64,000 nucleotides of DNA from Fibrobacterota bacterium (GCA_947466585.1 CANIEU010000009.1:14923-78922); one strand, 5' to 3'; numbered from the stretch's first letter, positions 51,797 to 61,639 are shown. Made by a program: numbers and translations. The notes: generated by a model from the letters alone, not told the origin.

Positions 51797-53893
51797 ATGT
51801 CCCGCCTCCGGAATATTTGCCGCCGCGCCCTGATCCTGGGAGGGGCGATCGCCCTGTCCACGGGATTTTCGGCCTGTTCCGGGATTTACTTCAACACCAC
51901 CTTCAACGCCGAAAAAGCCTATCGCCAGGCGATCGACATGCGCGCCAAGCGCTTGCGGTTGAACCCCGACGATACGGTGTCGGTCACCGCCGACGAAAAA
52001 GCCAAACTCACCCGCGCCGTGACCAAATCGTCGAAGGTGCTCGAGCTCTGGCCCAATGATCCGAAGTACACACCGCGCGCGGTGTTCCGCATTGCCGAGT
52101 GTCAATTGCTGATGGGCGATTACGGGAATGCGGCTTTCAAGTATGGCGAGTATATCCGGTATTTTCCCAAAGCCGACAACATCCCGTTGGCCCGCGTGCG
52201 CATGGCGAAGGCGTTGTACCTCGACGGCAAGCGGCTGTCCGCGCGCGACGCCCTCGCCGAAGTGCAGGCCACCCATCCGCAAGGCGAGGTTAAGCGGGAA
52301 GCGTTGTTGCTCGCCGCGCGCATGCGCATCGACGATCAATCCGGGGCCGAAGGGCTGGAGCTGTACGAAGAACTGTTGAAGGACAATGCCTTGCTGGCCA
52401 GCGAGTCGCGCTCTGAACTGCATTGGCGCGCCGCGCAACTGGCCTACGATTTGGGGCAATGGCAAAAGGCCCGCGATCACGCTATCGCCGCCGACAATTC
52501 CGCCTTGCCCGCACGGGTGCGCTTCCGGAACCAGCGCCTCGCCGTGTTGGCGCTATACGGGCTGGGGCGTCAAAAGGAAGGCCTTGCCGAGGTGGAGGAC
52601 ATGTGGGGCAAGCGCGAGTTCCGTGTTTTCCGACCCGACATTAAATTGCTGGAAGCGCGTGGAGTAGAAAGCCAGGGTTTGGCAAATTGGCCTGCGGCCT
52701 CAAAACTGTATCGCGAGACCGTGCGTCTGGGTAACCGGCGTCCCTCCGCCGCCGAAGCGTGGTATCGCATCGGTGCCCACGTACTTGATGTACAGAACCG
52801 CGAAGACAGCGCCAAGGTTTATTTCGACTCCGCTTCGGCGGCGGGGAGCAGCTTCGAGTTTGGCACCTTGGGCGCGGACTACTCCAGTGCCCTAGGCCGT
52901 TTGGCGGATTTAAGAACGGTCGATTCCGTAACCTTGGCCGCCCAAGCTGAGACGCGTTGGTTGCTTCTGCATCCGGTGGACAGTCTTGCATTGCGCGATA
53001 GTTTGCTGGCCCGTGATTCGATTCTGCATGCCGACAGCCTGAACGCGCTTGCCAAAAAAGACGCAATCTTGAAGAAAGGGTCGAAGAAAAAAAGCGATAA
53101 GACCGCTGCAGCCGACTCGGTTAAAGCGGCCAAAGAAGCTGCGGCCAAGGTCGCCAAGGTTCAGAAAGCACCCAGCCCGCAATACGCGCCCTTCCTGATC
53201 GCCGAGCTGTTTCACTTCCGATTGCCCAAACCCGACAGCGCGCACGTATTCCTCAACCGCATCGTTTCCGATACGTTGGAAGACACTCTCTACACGCGCA
53301 GGGCGATCTATGCGCTGGCCTGGCTGGAAGAAAACCAATACCACAACAAGAATCGCGCGGATTCGCTCTACCGCGTTTTGCTGACGCGCTATCCTGAAAC
53401 CGAATGGGCCAAGCAAGCCGAGAAGAACCTTGAGTTGCCGCCCACCGTGCAAACGCCCGACGACAAGGCGCATACGTTGTTTCTGGCAGCTGAAAACCGC
53501 CGCTTTGCGGGGGAAGACTTGAAAACCCGCGTGTGGCCTGCCTACCGGATCGTAGCTGACAGCTTCCCGCAAAGCCGCGATGCGGCCAAGGCCCTGTTTA
53601 CCGTCGCCTTTACCGAAGAGCAGGCGGCCATCGCAAAGGCGGATACGGCGAAGGTGGATACGGTGCGCGCTGCGTACGCCATGGTGCGCGACAAGTTCCC
53701 CGGTACCCCGCAGGCAGTGGCGGCGGAATCGTGGATCAGTGCGGTGGAAGCGGCACCTGCCAGCAGTGGTTCGTCTACCGAAACCCCGAAATCCAATAGG
53801 GAGGAAGAAGCCGATACCCAATCGGAAGAGGACACGAATGGGCCGCCCAAGGTGGAACTCCTCGACCCGGCTGCGGAGCAGGATTTGTATTAA
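51797..53893 (+). CDS. TPR-repeat lipoprotein
   Basis: Basic N-terminus, hydrophobic stretch, lipobox FSAC, multiple TPR helices ending ..YP/FP. Confidence 0.8.
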   Translation: MSRLRNICRRALILGGAIALSTGFSACSGIYFNTTFNAEKAYRQAIDMRAKRLRLNPDDTVSVTADEKAKLTRAVTKSSKVLELWPNDPKYTPRAVFRIAECQLLMGDYGNAAFKYGEYIRYFPKADNIPLARVRMAKALYLDGKRLSARDALAEVQATHPQGEVKREALLLAARMRIDDQSGAEGLELYEELLKDNALLASESRSELHWRAAQLAYDLGQWQKARDHAIAADNSALPARVRFRNQRLAVLALYGLGRQKEGLAEVEDMWGKREFRVFRPDIKLLEARGVESQGLANWPAASKLYRETVRLGNRRPSAAEAWYRIGAHVLDVQNREDSAKVYFDSASAAGSSFEFGTLGADYSSALGRLADLRTVDSVTLAAQAETRWLLLHPVDSLALRDSLLARDSILHADSLNALAKKDAILKKGSKKKSDKTAAADSVKAAKEAAAKVAKVQKAPSPQYAPFLIAELFHFRLPKPDSAHVFLNRIVSDTLEDTLYTRRAIYALAWLEENQYHNKNRADSLYRVLLTRYPETEWAKQAEKNLELPPTVQTPDDKAHTLFLAAENRRFAGEDLKTRVWPAYRIVADSFPQSRDAAKALFTVAFTEEQAAIAKADTAKVDTVRAAYAMVRDKFPGTPQAVAAESWISAVEAAPASSGSSTETPKSNREEEADTQSEEDTNGPPKVELLDPAAEQDLY

Positions 53894-53899
53894 TCCCTT

Positions 53900-55120
53900 C
53901 TACTTCGCGGCCTTCCTCCCCAGCTTCTGACCTTTCCAGGTGAAGCTACCGAAGGAACCGGCGACGGTGGCGGAGAGCACCAGCGGAATGTGCAGCGCCG
54001 CGGTGAAGGGGAAAAAGCGCAACAGCGGCATCAGTCCGAAAAGGCGAAACCCCGAGCGCATCACCCACAGATCGGCAAGGGTCTTCACCAAAAAGCCGAT
54101 CACGCCGAGCAGACCCAAACTGCCATCGCCAACGTGGAACAGACCGAGGGTCAAGAGCACCGCAATGGCGGCGTAAAAGGCAAATACCGCCAGCAGAAAC
54201 GCCAGCTGTGCCGGACGATAGTGGACGCACTTGCCTGCCCAGCGTTTGCGCTGCTCCCAAAAGTGACCCCAGGTTTCCGGAGGCGTGGTCTCCACGCGCG
54301 CTTCGGGAGCGGCGCAATAGCGGATGGCCCAGTTACCCGTGGCGTGAATTTCTTGCAACGTGAAGTCGTCGTCGCCGCTGACTACCGTGCCGTGGCGCGC
54401 AAAGGCCCCCGCTTCATCGAACGCCCGGCGGCGGTAGGCCAGGTTGTTGGCGTTGGCGATCACGGGAAACCCGAGACCCACCAGCGCCGCCGCACTGATC
54501 CCGTACGAGATAAACTCCAAGGCGCGCGTGCCGCCGGAAGGTGAATAGCCGGAGTCGGGTTCTAGGTAGGCCGTGAGCCCGATCACCATGCCGGTGTCGT
54601 CGTAGAACTCGGTACCGAGTGCGGTGAGCCAGCGTTTGCCCATGGTGCAGTCGGCATCGGTCACGGCGATCCACTCGCCGCGCGCTTGTTCCAGTCCGCG
54701 TAAAAGGGCGTGTTTCTTGGGGCTCATACCAGGCGGCAAGGCCTCGATGCGCAATGAATCCACCCGTCCGGGATAGCGTGCCGCATAATCGCTTAAAACC
54801 GCCGGAGTACCGTCCACGGAGCGGTCGTCCACCACCACGATTTGAAGACGATCTGCCGGCCATTCCTGTTGCAGCAAAGCGTCCAGGGTGCTGGGGAGGT
54901 TGGACTCTTCGTCGCGCGCGGCGATCAATACGGTGACCATAGGGCGCTGTTCCGCTAGATGCGGAGGGGTCTGATCAGGCCCATTTTGACCTTCTGGCCG
55001 GTTTTGATCATCCGTTCGCTTCCCATCCCGCAGATTCTCGAGCCTTTTCAGGCCGCGCACCAGCCAAAAATCGAGAATTGCGTACATCACGCAGGCCGTC
55101 AGAAAGATCGGAGTGAACAT
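53900..55120 (-). CDS. GT2 glycosyltransferase with N- and C-terminal TMs
   Basis: AARDEE, DDRS.DGT, TDADC, SGDD and QRKRW motifs. Confidence 0.9.
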   Translation of the reverse strand: MFTPIFLTACVMYAILDFWLVRGLKRLENLRDGKRTDDQNRPEGQNGPDQTPPHLAEQRPMVTVLIAARDEESNLPSTLDALLQQEWPADRLQIVVVDDRSVDGTPAVLSDYAARYPGRVDSLRIEALPPGMSPKKHALLRGLEQARGEWIAVTDADCTMGKRWLTALGTEFYDDTGMVIGLTAYLEPDSGYSPSGGTRALEFISYGISAAALVGLGFPVIANANNLAYRRRAFDEAGAFARHGTVVSGDDDFTLQEIHATGNWAIRYCAAPEARVETTPPETWGHFWEQRKRWAGKCVHYRPAQLAFLLAVFAFYAAIAVLLTLGLFHVGDGSLGLLGVIGFLVKTLADLWVMRSGFRLFGLMPLLRFFPFTAALHIPLVLSATVAGSFGSFTWKGQKLGRKAAK

Positions 55121-55320
55121 GAAGGGGGAAGGTAGTTTACAGCACCTGAATGTTGCCTCCGGGGTCAAAACGCCCCCATTTTATAGGAACAAACCGGAGA
55201 AAATCGACGAAGCTTCGGGCGCACCCGTCTACGTTGGGCGGTATCACATCCACGGGTCTCGTGTGTAAACGCATTCCGGATTCCGTGTCTCCTTCCTGAA
55301 CAAAGGACAAAGCAATCCAC

Positions 55321-58008
55321 ATGCGTCTAAATTCCCTTTTGAACAAATCGGCTAGGATGATACCCCTCGGGGCTCTCTTCTTGGGCGTGTCTGTGGTGTC
55401 TGTGCAAGCCGCGCCGATCACGATGCTGGCCTATAAAGACTCCACCAAACTTGCCGACACCCTTGCGCTGCGTCGTGAGGTGGCCGTCACACTTACGCCT
55501 GTCGTCGTCGGCGGACCCGTGGACAGTTTCGCCATCGTCGGGTTTACCACCACGCTTCCCACCGGGATCACTTTCGATAAGGTGACCGGTGTATTGTCCG
55601 GAACCCCGACGGCCGTCTTCACCGCGGCGAATCGCACCATCCGTGCGTATGCAACCGGCGGCGTCGACAGCATCACCCGCACCGTGCGCATCTCCTGCGC
55701 GCTGGTGACGAGCCTCGCTTGGCGCGATTCCACCAAACCGGCGGATACCCTGCTTTTGCGTCGCAATGTCGCGGTCACGTTCACGCCGACCTACTTCGGC
55801 GGCACGCTCGACAGCTTCAAGGTGGTCACCACCTTCGGCGGCGGCGGCGGCGGGATTGCCGCAACCACTCTGCCGGACGGCATCACGCTAAACCCACTTA
55901 CGGGTGTGATTTCCGGAACACCCACGAGCACGTTCCCCGTTGCGAATCGCACCATCCGCGGGTACGGATCCGCAGGCACCGATAGCGTCACGCGTACCAT
56001 TCGTATCTCTTCATTTTTGGTGACGAGCCTGTCTTGGAAGGATTCAACCAAACCCGCGGATACCTTGAGTTTCACCACCGGAATTGCGGTCAACCTCACG
56101 CCGACCTATTTGGGCGGAACCCTCGATAGCTTCAAGGTTGTGGCGACCGGCGGTGGCGGCGGGGGTGGCGGCGGTGCCGTCACTCTTCCTGCGGGCATCA
56201 CCCTCAACGCCCTCACCGGCGTACTTTCGGGCACGCCTACCGCGGCTTTTACCGCCGCCAATCGTTCGATCCGCGGCTATGGCTCCGCCGGTACGGACAG
56301 CATTACCCGGACCCTGCGGATCACGGCCGTACTCGGCAGCACGCAAAACCTCGGATACACGCGCGATACGGTGACCGTTGCCGTTGGGGTGACGTCCGTC
56401 AATTCTCCCGTGTTTACGGGGCGCGTCCCCACGGGCTGGTCGGTGACGCCGTCCTTGCCCGCGGGTCTTGCCTTGAACGCGACCACGGGTGTGATTTCGG
56501 GGAGGGCTGCTGCGACCTCCGCTGCAACATACTATACGGTGAAGGCCCTCGATCTCACCGACACGCTTACGAAGGTGTTGCGCATCACGGTGGCGGCCTC
56601 GGAGGATTACACGACCTGGGGTCAATATGCTTCCCTCTGGCTGAACACTTCCCCGTCGACAGGCGGCGTCGTGCTCACGGGTAACGTCACGAAATTCCCC
56701 GTGCTCGTGCGGTTGGATGCCACCAACTTCGCCGCCGGATTTTCGCAAACGGCCCCGCAACAAAGCGACCTGCGATTCACCAAGTCGGATGGCACGACCT
56801 TCCTTCCGCATGAGGTGGAGCGTTGGGATTCCGTGGGGCAGGCCGCCGACGTGTGGGTTTTGGCCGATACGGTTTACGCCGGCAACGCCACGCAAAACAT
56901 TCGTTTGCATTGGGGCAAGAGTGGGGTATTGAATGCCTCTTCCGGCGCCACGGTTTTCGACACGGCCTTCGGCGACCGCGCGGTGTACCACTTTACCGGC
57001 ACGGTCAACACCGTGAATGAAACCGACGTGACGCCAAACGCCTTCGTTGCGACCAACCTCAGCACCGTGGATATCCAGAACCCGGCCGTGATCGGTCGCG
57101 GACGCGACTTCAACGGCACCAACGAACATTTCCGCGTGCAGGCGAACCCCGCCGGTGTGCTCGATTTTGCGGCCAACGCGAATTACACGGTATCGGCTTG
57201 GGCCAGCGCCAATATCGCGCAAGACGACCGCATCATTCTTTCAAAGGGTGGGCTGGCCTACACGCTCAAGGTCAACGCCACCGGCAACTGGGAGTTCTCC
57301 GAATACAATCGCAACGCCGGCAGCGCGCCGGGCGGCGACACCGCCGTCCCTTGGGCTCTGCAGGCCGTGGTGGATTCGCAATTGGCCTCCGCAACGGATT
57401 GGCAGTATGTGGTTGGCGTCAGCAACGGCGCCACCAAGCGTCTCTATGTGAACGGCGTCTTGCTCGCCACCAACACGGGTGCCGCACTTTCCAACTTCGG
57501 CACGCCCAGCGCCACCGCGCGGGTCAGCACCGACACTTTGACCTTGGGACGCCAGGCCGAAGCCTCTGCCGGTTTCTGGGCCGGTGATCTGGACGAAGTG
57601 CGCCTCTCCACAGTCGCTCGCAGCGCCGATTACATCAAGTTGAGCTATGCGAACCAACTCACGACGCAAAATCTGGTTTCGTTCACGCTCCCTGTTTCGG
57701 TACGTGCTTCCAACCGCGCAGCGCTCCAGCGGTCACCCACGTTGGCGTTCAAGTCTTCGGGTTCCGGAATTCTGTTCCGCATTCAGACGACGGAATTCGC
57801 CAGCGCGCAGCTCTCGCTCACCGACATGCAAGGCCGCACCGTCTGGAGTCGCAGCGTTTCTGCAGGCACGGAACAGATTCAATGGGACGGGAATAACCGT
57901 GCCGGGGCGCTCGCACCTTCGGGAATCTACGTGGCTCGCATCGTCCTTCTGGATGGAAACGCGCGCACCTTGAACGTGCTTGAGACACGGGTGCCCTTGA
58001 TGCGGTAA
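55321..58008 (+). CDS. Secreted multidomain protein: Ig-like (He_PIG-type) repeats, DUF2341-like, LamG-like, FlgD/T9SS-type CTD
   Basis: LP.G...N..TGVISGTPT repeated four times; FPVLVRL..DLRF..EVE.WD; LYVNG...G.LDEVR; QWDG....G...SGIY. Confidence 0.8.
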   Translation: MRLNSLLNKSARMIPLGALFLGVSVVSVQAAPITMLAYKDSTKLADTLALRREVAVTLTPVVVGGPVDSFAIVGFTTTLPTGITFDKVTGVLSGTPTAVFTAANRTIRAYATGGVDSITRTVRISCALVTSLAWRDSTKPADTLLLRRNVAVTFTPTYFGGTLDSFKVVTTFGGGGGGIAATTLPDGITLNPLTGVISGTPTSTFPVANRTIRGYGSAGTDSVTRTIRISSFLVTSLSWKDSTKPADTLSFTTGIAVNLTPTYLGGTLDSFKVVATGGGGGGGGGAVTLPAGITLNALTGVLSGTPTAAFTAANRSIRGYGSAGTDSITRTLRITAVLGSTQNLGYTRDTVTVAVGVTSVNSPVFTGRVPTGWSVTPSLPAGLALNATTGVISGRAAATSAATYYTVKALDLTDTLTKVLRITVAASEDYTTWGQYASLWLNTSPSTGGVVLTGNVTKFPVLVRLDATNFAAGFSQTAPQQSDLRFTKSDGTTFLPHEVERWDSVGQAADVWVLADTVYAGNATQNIRLHWGKSGVLNASSGATVFDTAFGDRAVYHFTGTVNTVNETDVTPNAFVATNLSTVDIQNPAVIGRGRDFNGTNEHFRVQANPAGVLDFAANANYTVSAWASANIAQDDRIILSKGGLAYTLKVNATGNWEFSEYNRNAGSAPGGDTAVPWALQAVVDSQLASATDWQYVVGVSNGATKRLYVNGVLLATNTGAALSNFGTPSATARVSTDTLTLGRQAEASAGFWAGDLDEVRLSTVARSADYIKLSYANQLTTQNLVSFTLPVSVRASNRAALQRSPTLAFKSSGSGILFRIQTTEFASAQLSLTDMQGRTVWSRSVSAGTEQIQWDGNNRAGALAPSGIYVARIVLLDGNARTLNVLETRVPLMR

Positions 58009-58054
58009 AATGTGGCCCTATGCGGTAACTCCCGCATTCAGAACTCGGTCCATC

Positions 58055-58090
58055 AAAAAAGCCTCCGCTCGAATCGAGCGGAGGCTTTTT
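58055..58090. terminator. Bidirectional intrinsic terminator
   Basis: A6-GCCTCCGCTCG-AAT-CGAGCGGAGGC-T5 between convergent genes. Confidence 0.9.
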
Positions 58091-58133
58091 GTTTCCAAGG
58101 GAGAATCACCGAATCGGTATCTTAGAGCGACAC

Positions 58134-59780
58134 TTAGAGCCACACCGCAGAGGTCATCGCTCTCCGGCCCTGATGAGTGATCGCTTCGAGTCGGAGATAG
58201 CCGGAACCGGTGCCCACATTCTTGCTTTCCAGCGAAGCCGCACGCAGGCCCGCCAGCACATCGGCTCCCACCGTTTCATCAACCCGTAAGAGACCCGAGG
58301 ATTTGTCTTCGCTGCCCCCGAAGGTCCAATCCGCCAACACGCGTTCGCGCGTTTCTCCGCGCGCCGCCCCGTACACGGTGACCGAAACGAGCGGCCCGTA
58401 GTCGGAGGTCGAGACGGCGATGACTTGAAAATGATTGCCCGCGGCGCGCAGCTCTGCGTAGGGCCCATCGGTGATCAGGCAACGCGGGTAAGCCAAGCTA
58501 CCGCGGAAGGTTGCGCGCAACGACTCTGCATCGCGCCCCGCCGCCGGCACCAACGTGCGCACGCGTCCGAATAAGTGGCTGCGGCCCTGTTTCAGCGACA
58601 CCAGCGGCAGCTTCACGCCCGTATTGCGGTTGAAATCGCCGTGGGCATCGTTTGCGCCGATAGGGAGGAGGCGATGGCCCTGCAGAAGTTGTTCGATCCA
58701 GAACGCCTTGCCCGCCAGGTAGTCGGGCCCGAGATTGCCATTCCAGAACTGCAGGCCGCGCACGCCACGCATACCGCGATCCCATTGCAAATCCTCGGCA
58801 CGCCACTCGCCGCGCCGAAAGATCTGGCGTTCGAGCCAGCCGATGCGGGCCTTGGGGTGCGCCGCGAACGAGGGCGTTTCGCCCAGTAAATCCAAGGTCT
58901 CCGCGATGGTGAGGTCGGGACGGTTGCGCAGTCCGCGCCGCCCGCCATCGCCCAGACCGGGTAAAAATTCAGGATGCCCAAAGGTGAGCAAATGCACGTT
59001 TTCGCCGCGACTGTTCCCGCACGAAACCTCCTCGCCGGGCACCAAGGTCGGACGCTCCGGGTGTTCGCGGTTCAGTGCCTCGGCCTGCGCGCGATACTCC
59101 GCAAAATTGGCCTTGGGAACGCATGTCTCTAGGAACCGTTCGCGCTTGTAATAAAAGTCGTACGAATGATCGGTGCAGAGCACGAAATCGAGCCCCACCG
59201 CATCGGCGGTTTGCTGCATCAAATCGAGCGGCGCTCCGAACTCCACCGGGTCGGACGAATACTCGCTGTGGCAATGCATCTCACCGGCAAACCATCCCGG
59301 AGGGTAGGGCAGGGGAGATTCCAGTCGCAACACTTCCAGGGGTGTAGGGAGCAGGCCGGGGAGGTTGTGGTTCTCAAAGGTTCGAGTCTCTGCGCGGGAG
59401 GTCGTGCCCAATTTGCCCAATGTGCCCAATGGGCCGCTCTTCTGCTCGATGGTGATCTTACCGGAGATACGCACCAACCCGCGCAAGGCACCGGATTGCA
59501 GCTCGGGTAGGGGAAAAGCGAGGTGTTGTAGGTTTCCCTGGCATACCTGATCGGGCTCAAAACTGCGAACGGCCGTGCCGCCGAAATCGTCCCACAGATG
59601 AAAACGGACACTGCAAATACGAATGGGGTAGAGGTCCGCATCCTTGACCAAGAGCCAAACCGTCAGCGGTTTGCCGGGCAACAGCTGATGCGGCGCATCC
59701 AGAAACACCTCGGGCCAACGCTTGTGCAGCGGCGACCACGGCAGGTTGAACTTGTAATGCGTTTCGGCGTAGGAATGAAT
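58134..59780 (-). CDS. PHP-domain (CehA/McbA-like) metallohydrolase; start uncertain (GTG 59708 or ATT 59780)
   Basis: EMHCHSEYS, TDHSYD, GEEVS, AAHP and GANDAH motifs; frame open upstream through YAETHYKFNLPWSP. Confidence 0.8.
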   Translation of the reverse strand: MHSYAETHYKFNLPWSPLHKRWPEVFLDAPHQLLPGKPLTVWLLVKDADLYPIRICSVRFHLWDDFGGTAVRSFEPDQVCQGNLQHLAFPLPELQSGALRGLVRISGKITIEQKSGPLGTLGKLGTTSRAETRTFENHNLPGLLPTPLEVLRLESPLPYPPGWFAGEMHCHSEYSSDPVEFGAPLDLMQQTADAVGLDFVLCTDHSYDFYYKRERFLETCVPKANFAEYRAQAEALNREHPERPTLVPGEEVSCGNSRGENVHLLTFGHPEFLPGLGDGGRRGLRNRPDLTIAETLDLLGETPSFAAHPKARIGWLERQIFRRGEWRAEDLQWDRGMRGVRGLQFWNGNLGPDYLAGKAFWIEQLLQGHRLLPIGANDAHGDFNRNTGVKLPLVSLKQGRSHLFGRVRTLVPAAGRDAESLRATFRGSLAYPRCLITDGPYAELRAAGNHFQVIAVSTSDYGPLVSVTVYGAARGETRERVLADWTFGGSEDKSSGLLRVDETVGADVLAGLRAASLESKNVGTGSGYLRLEAITHQGRRAMTSAVWL

Positions 59781-59822
59781 GGGGAACCTCGGTGAAGGAA
59801 ATTAGGTAATGGGGAAAGGAAC

Positions 59823-60032
59823 CTAGGGTTTTACCGGGGTTGTCGCCACAGTGGTCCAATACGCACTTGTGTATTCCCGGCAGGCCTTGCGCACCAGATC
59901 GGCAACGGAGATGTCTTTGCCGGTGCGCTTACGCTCGTGCACCACGATGGCCTCAAGGTCGAGGTATTCCTGACCCATGTAGATGTTGCGGCGGGTCTTG
60001 ACTGGCTTGGAGAATCCTGTGTTCGAATTCAT
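59823..60032 (-). CDS. 69-aa ribbon-helix-helix-like DNA-binding protein
   Basis: GGAGG RBS; strand-like TRRNIYM, then helices ending SVADLVRKACREY. Confidence 0.65.
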   Translation of the reverse strand: MNSNTGFSKPVKTRRNIYMGQEYLDLEAIVVHERKRTGKDISVADLVRKACREYTSAYWTTVATTPVKP

Positions 60033-60663
60033 GGCAACCTCCAAAAAGGGGTAAAATCTGCCATAAATATACACAACATACACCATATACACAAGTAATA
60101 TTGGCGGATAGGGGAGTCTGCCCTACTGAATTATGGGAGTAAAAGTCTTGCCTGTAAAGTCCACAATCCCAATTAATTAAAGGTTATACAGTATTCTTGT
60201 AAGGTAAAGGATGAATATAAGCGGCGAAATTTGCCAAAAAACCGACATACCGTTCTCTTGGGAGTCTTAGGCTGGTTTCACCGAACACCAAGGCTAAGGC
60301 GCTTCGGACAGCTTCAAAGGCCGAAATATTGGAATCAGGGCCCCACGGTTCAATAATATCAGGGTCCTGGTGAGCATACGGAATTGGCTGAAGTCCTAAT
60401 CGACCTGTGGTCCTGGTGGATTTCCTCTAGCTCTCTGAGGCGATCTGGATTTCGCCGCGGACCAAGCCTGCATCGGACACGGAACCAGATTCCACATCGC
60501 ATCGCTTGAAGTCGACACCACAACAGCTGACGCATAGAAATCCTTGTCCACACGGACTCGAAGTCCAGCCTGATCAAGCGCACACTGCTTTGAGCCCACG
60601 CAGCTTGGATATTATGTAAACTATTTGGTTTTTCGCCAAAAATCCTAGTCTACCAAACCAAAT

Positions 60664-60691
60664 AGTTTACATAATATAACTTATGCGAACC
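60664..60691 (-). other. XerCD dif recombination site
   Basis: Minus strand reads GGTTCGCATAA-GTTATA-TTATGTAAACT, versus E. coli dif GGTGCGCATAA-TGTATA-TTATGTTAAAT; lies in an AT-rich intergenic region. Confidence 0.85.
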
Positions 60692-61075
60692 AAATTATCT
60701 CAAAATGAAGGTCAAAAAGCAGGTCAAAAACGGGATCTTCCCGAGGCTGTTTTGGGGTCAGGATTTCTCATGGCCCGACGCGATTAGGATCGATACAACC
60801 CGCCGCGCGTTATCGGTATTCCGTGTTTCCACGGATTCCCGAACCGTGTGCAATGCCAGAGCAACTCGATCCACCCTGTTTTGTGGTTGTCCTGGTTGTG
60901 CTTGATCAGACTTCCAGAGTGGACGGATTACGGGCAGGGAGCCGCACAAAAGGGAGACTGAACGGAGGGAGGATTGTCAGGGTTAACCGAGGCGGGGTGC
61001 AACAACGGTGCCACCCCTACCCTGTTTTAATGGCCCGGCTGGACCGGGCACGGCAAAGTTGCCGAAGGAAAATGG

Positions 61076-61149
61076 TGGTTGGGGTGCAAGGATTCGAACC
61101 TCAATAAGCAGAACCAGAAACTGCTGTCCTACCATTGGACGACACCCCA
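61076..61149 (-). tRNA. tRNA-Gln(CTG)
   Basis: TGGGGTG/CACCCCA acceptor stem, GTCC/GGAC D stem, TT-CTG-GT anticodon loop, GGTTCGAATCC T arm, encoded CCA. Confidence 0.93.
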
Positions 61150-61318
61150 ACGAGCGGTGAAAAATTACTTGCATGCCGGCTCTTCGTCAAAGGGTTCGTG
61201 CAAGTGTGGGGGCCGTTATTGGATTCGGCTGATTGCCGGTTTGGGCAATCCATTCGCCCCCGGTTCCGTGTAGATTCGGTTCAGGGAATGACAGGGGAAT
61301 TTTGCAAAGGGGGGAAAC

Positions 61319-61546
61319 ATGCATGATTCACTTTTTCCGCGGACGCTTGCCTTGGACTGGAGTATCCCGTTTCTGTCGGGCCGGCTGGAACGCAACAGCT
61401 GCATCGACAACGACGACGTGTTCAATTTGCGGATCGCGCTCGGGCTGCATCACGATGTGGTCGAGGTCTGCGCTGACCCGCATTTGTTCGGGAACGTGGC
61501 CGACAACCCGCATCCGATGACCAAGGGTTCTGTTTTGACACGGTAA
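61319..61546 (+). CDS. 75-aa hypothetical protein
   Basis: G-rich RBS, typical codons, amphipathic IDNDDVFNLRIAL core. Confidence 0.5.
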   Translation: MHDSLFPRTLALDWSIPFLSGRLERNSCIDNDDVFNLRIALGLHHDVVEVCADPHLFGNVADNPHPMTKGSVLTR

Positions 61547-61639
61547 TCGCGAGGTTCGGGACGTTACCGGGCTGTCGCACCGGGGTATAGTCAGGAAAGA
61601 CCCGCATTTCCTTTCCAGTACCCCGGACATTTACGAGAT

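Noticed and set aside
60359..60949. Short ORFs around dif
   Set aside because: No RBS or motif support and atypical composition; some overlap or abut the dif-like sites.
60994..61002. GGGGTGCAA matching the tRNA 3' end as a possible att duplicate
   Set aside because: Only 9 bp, and no integrase nearby.
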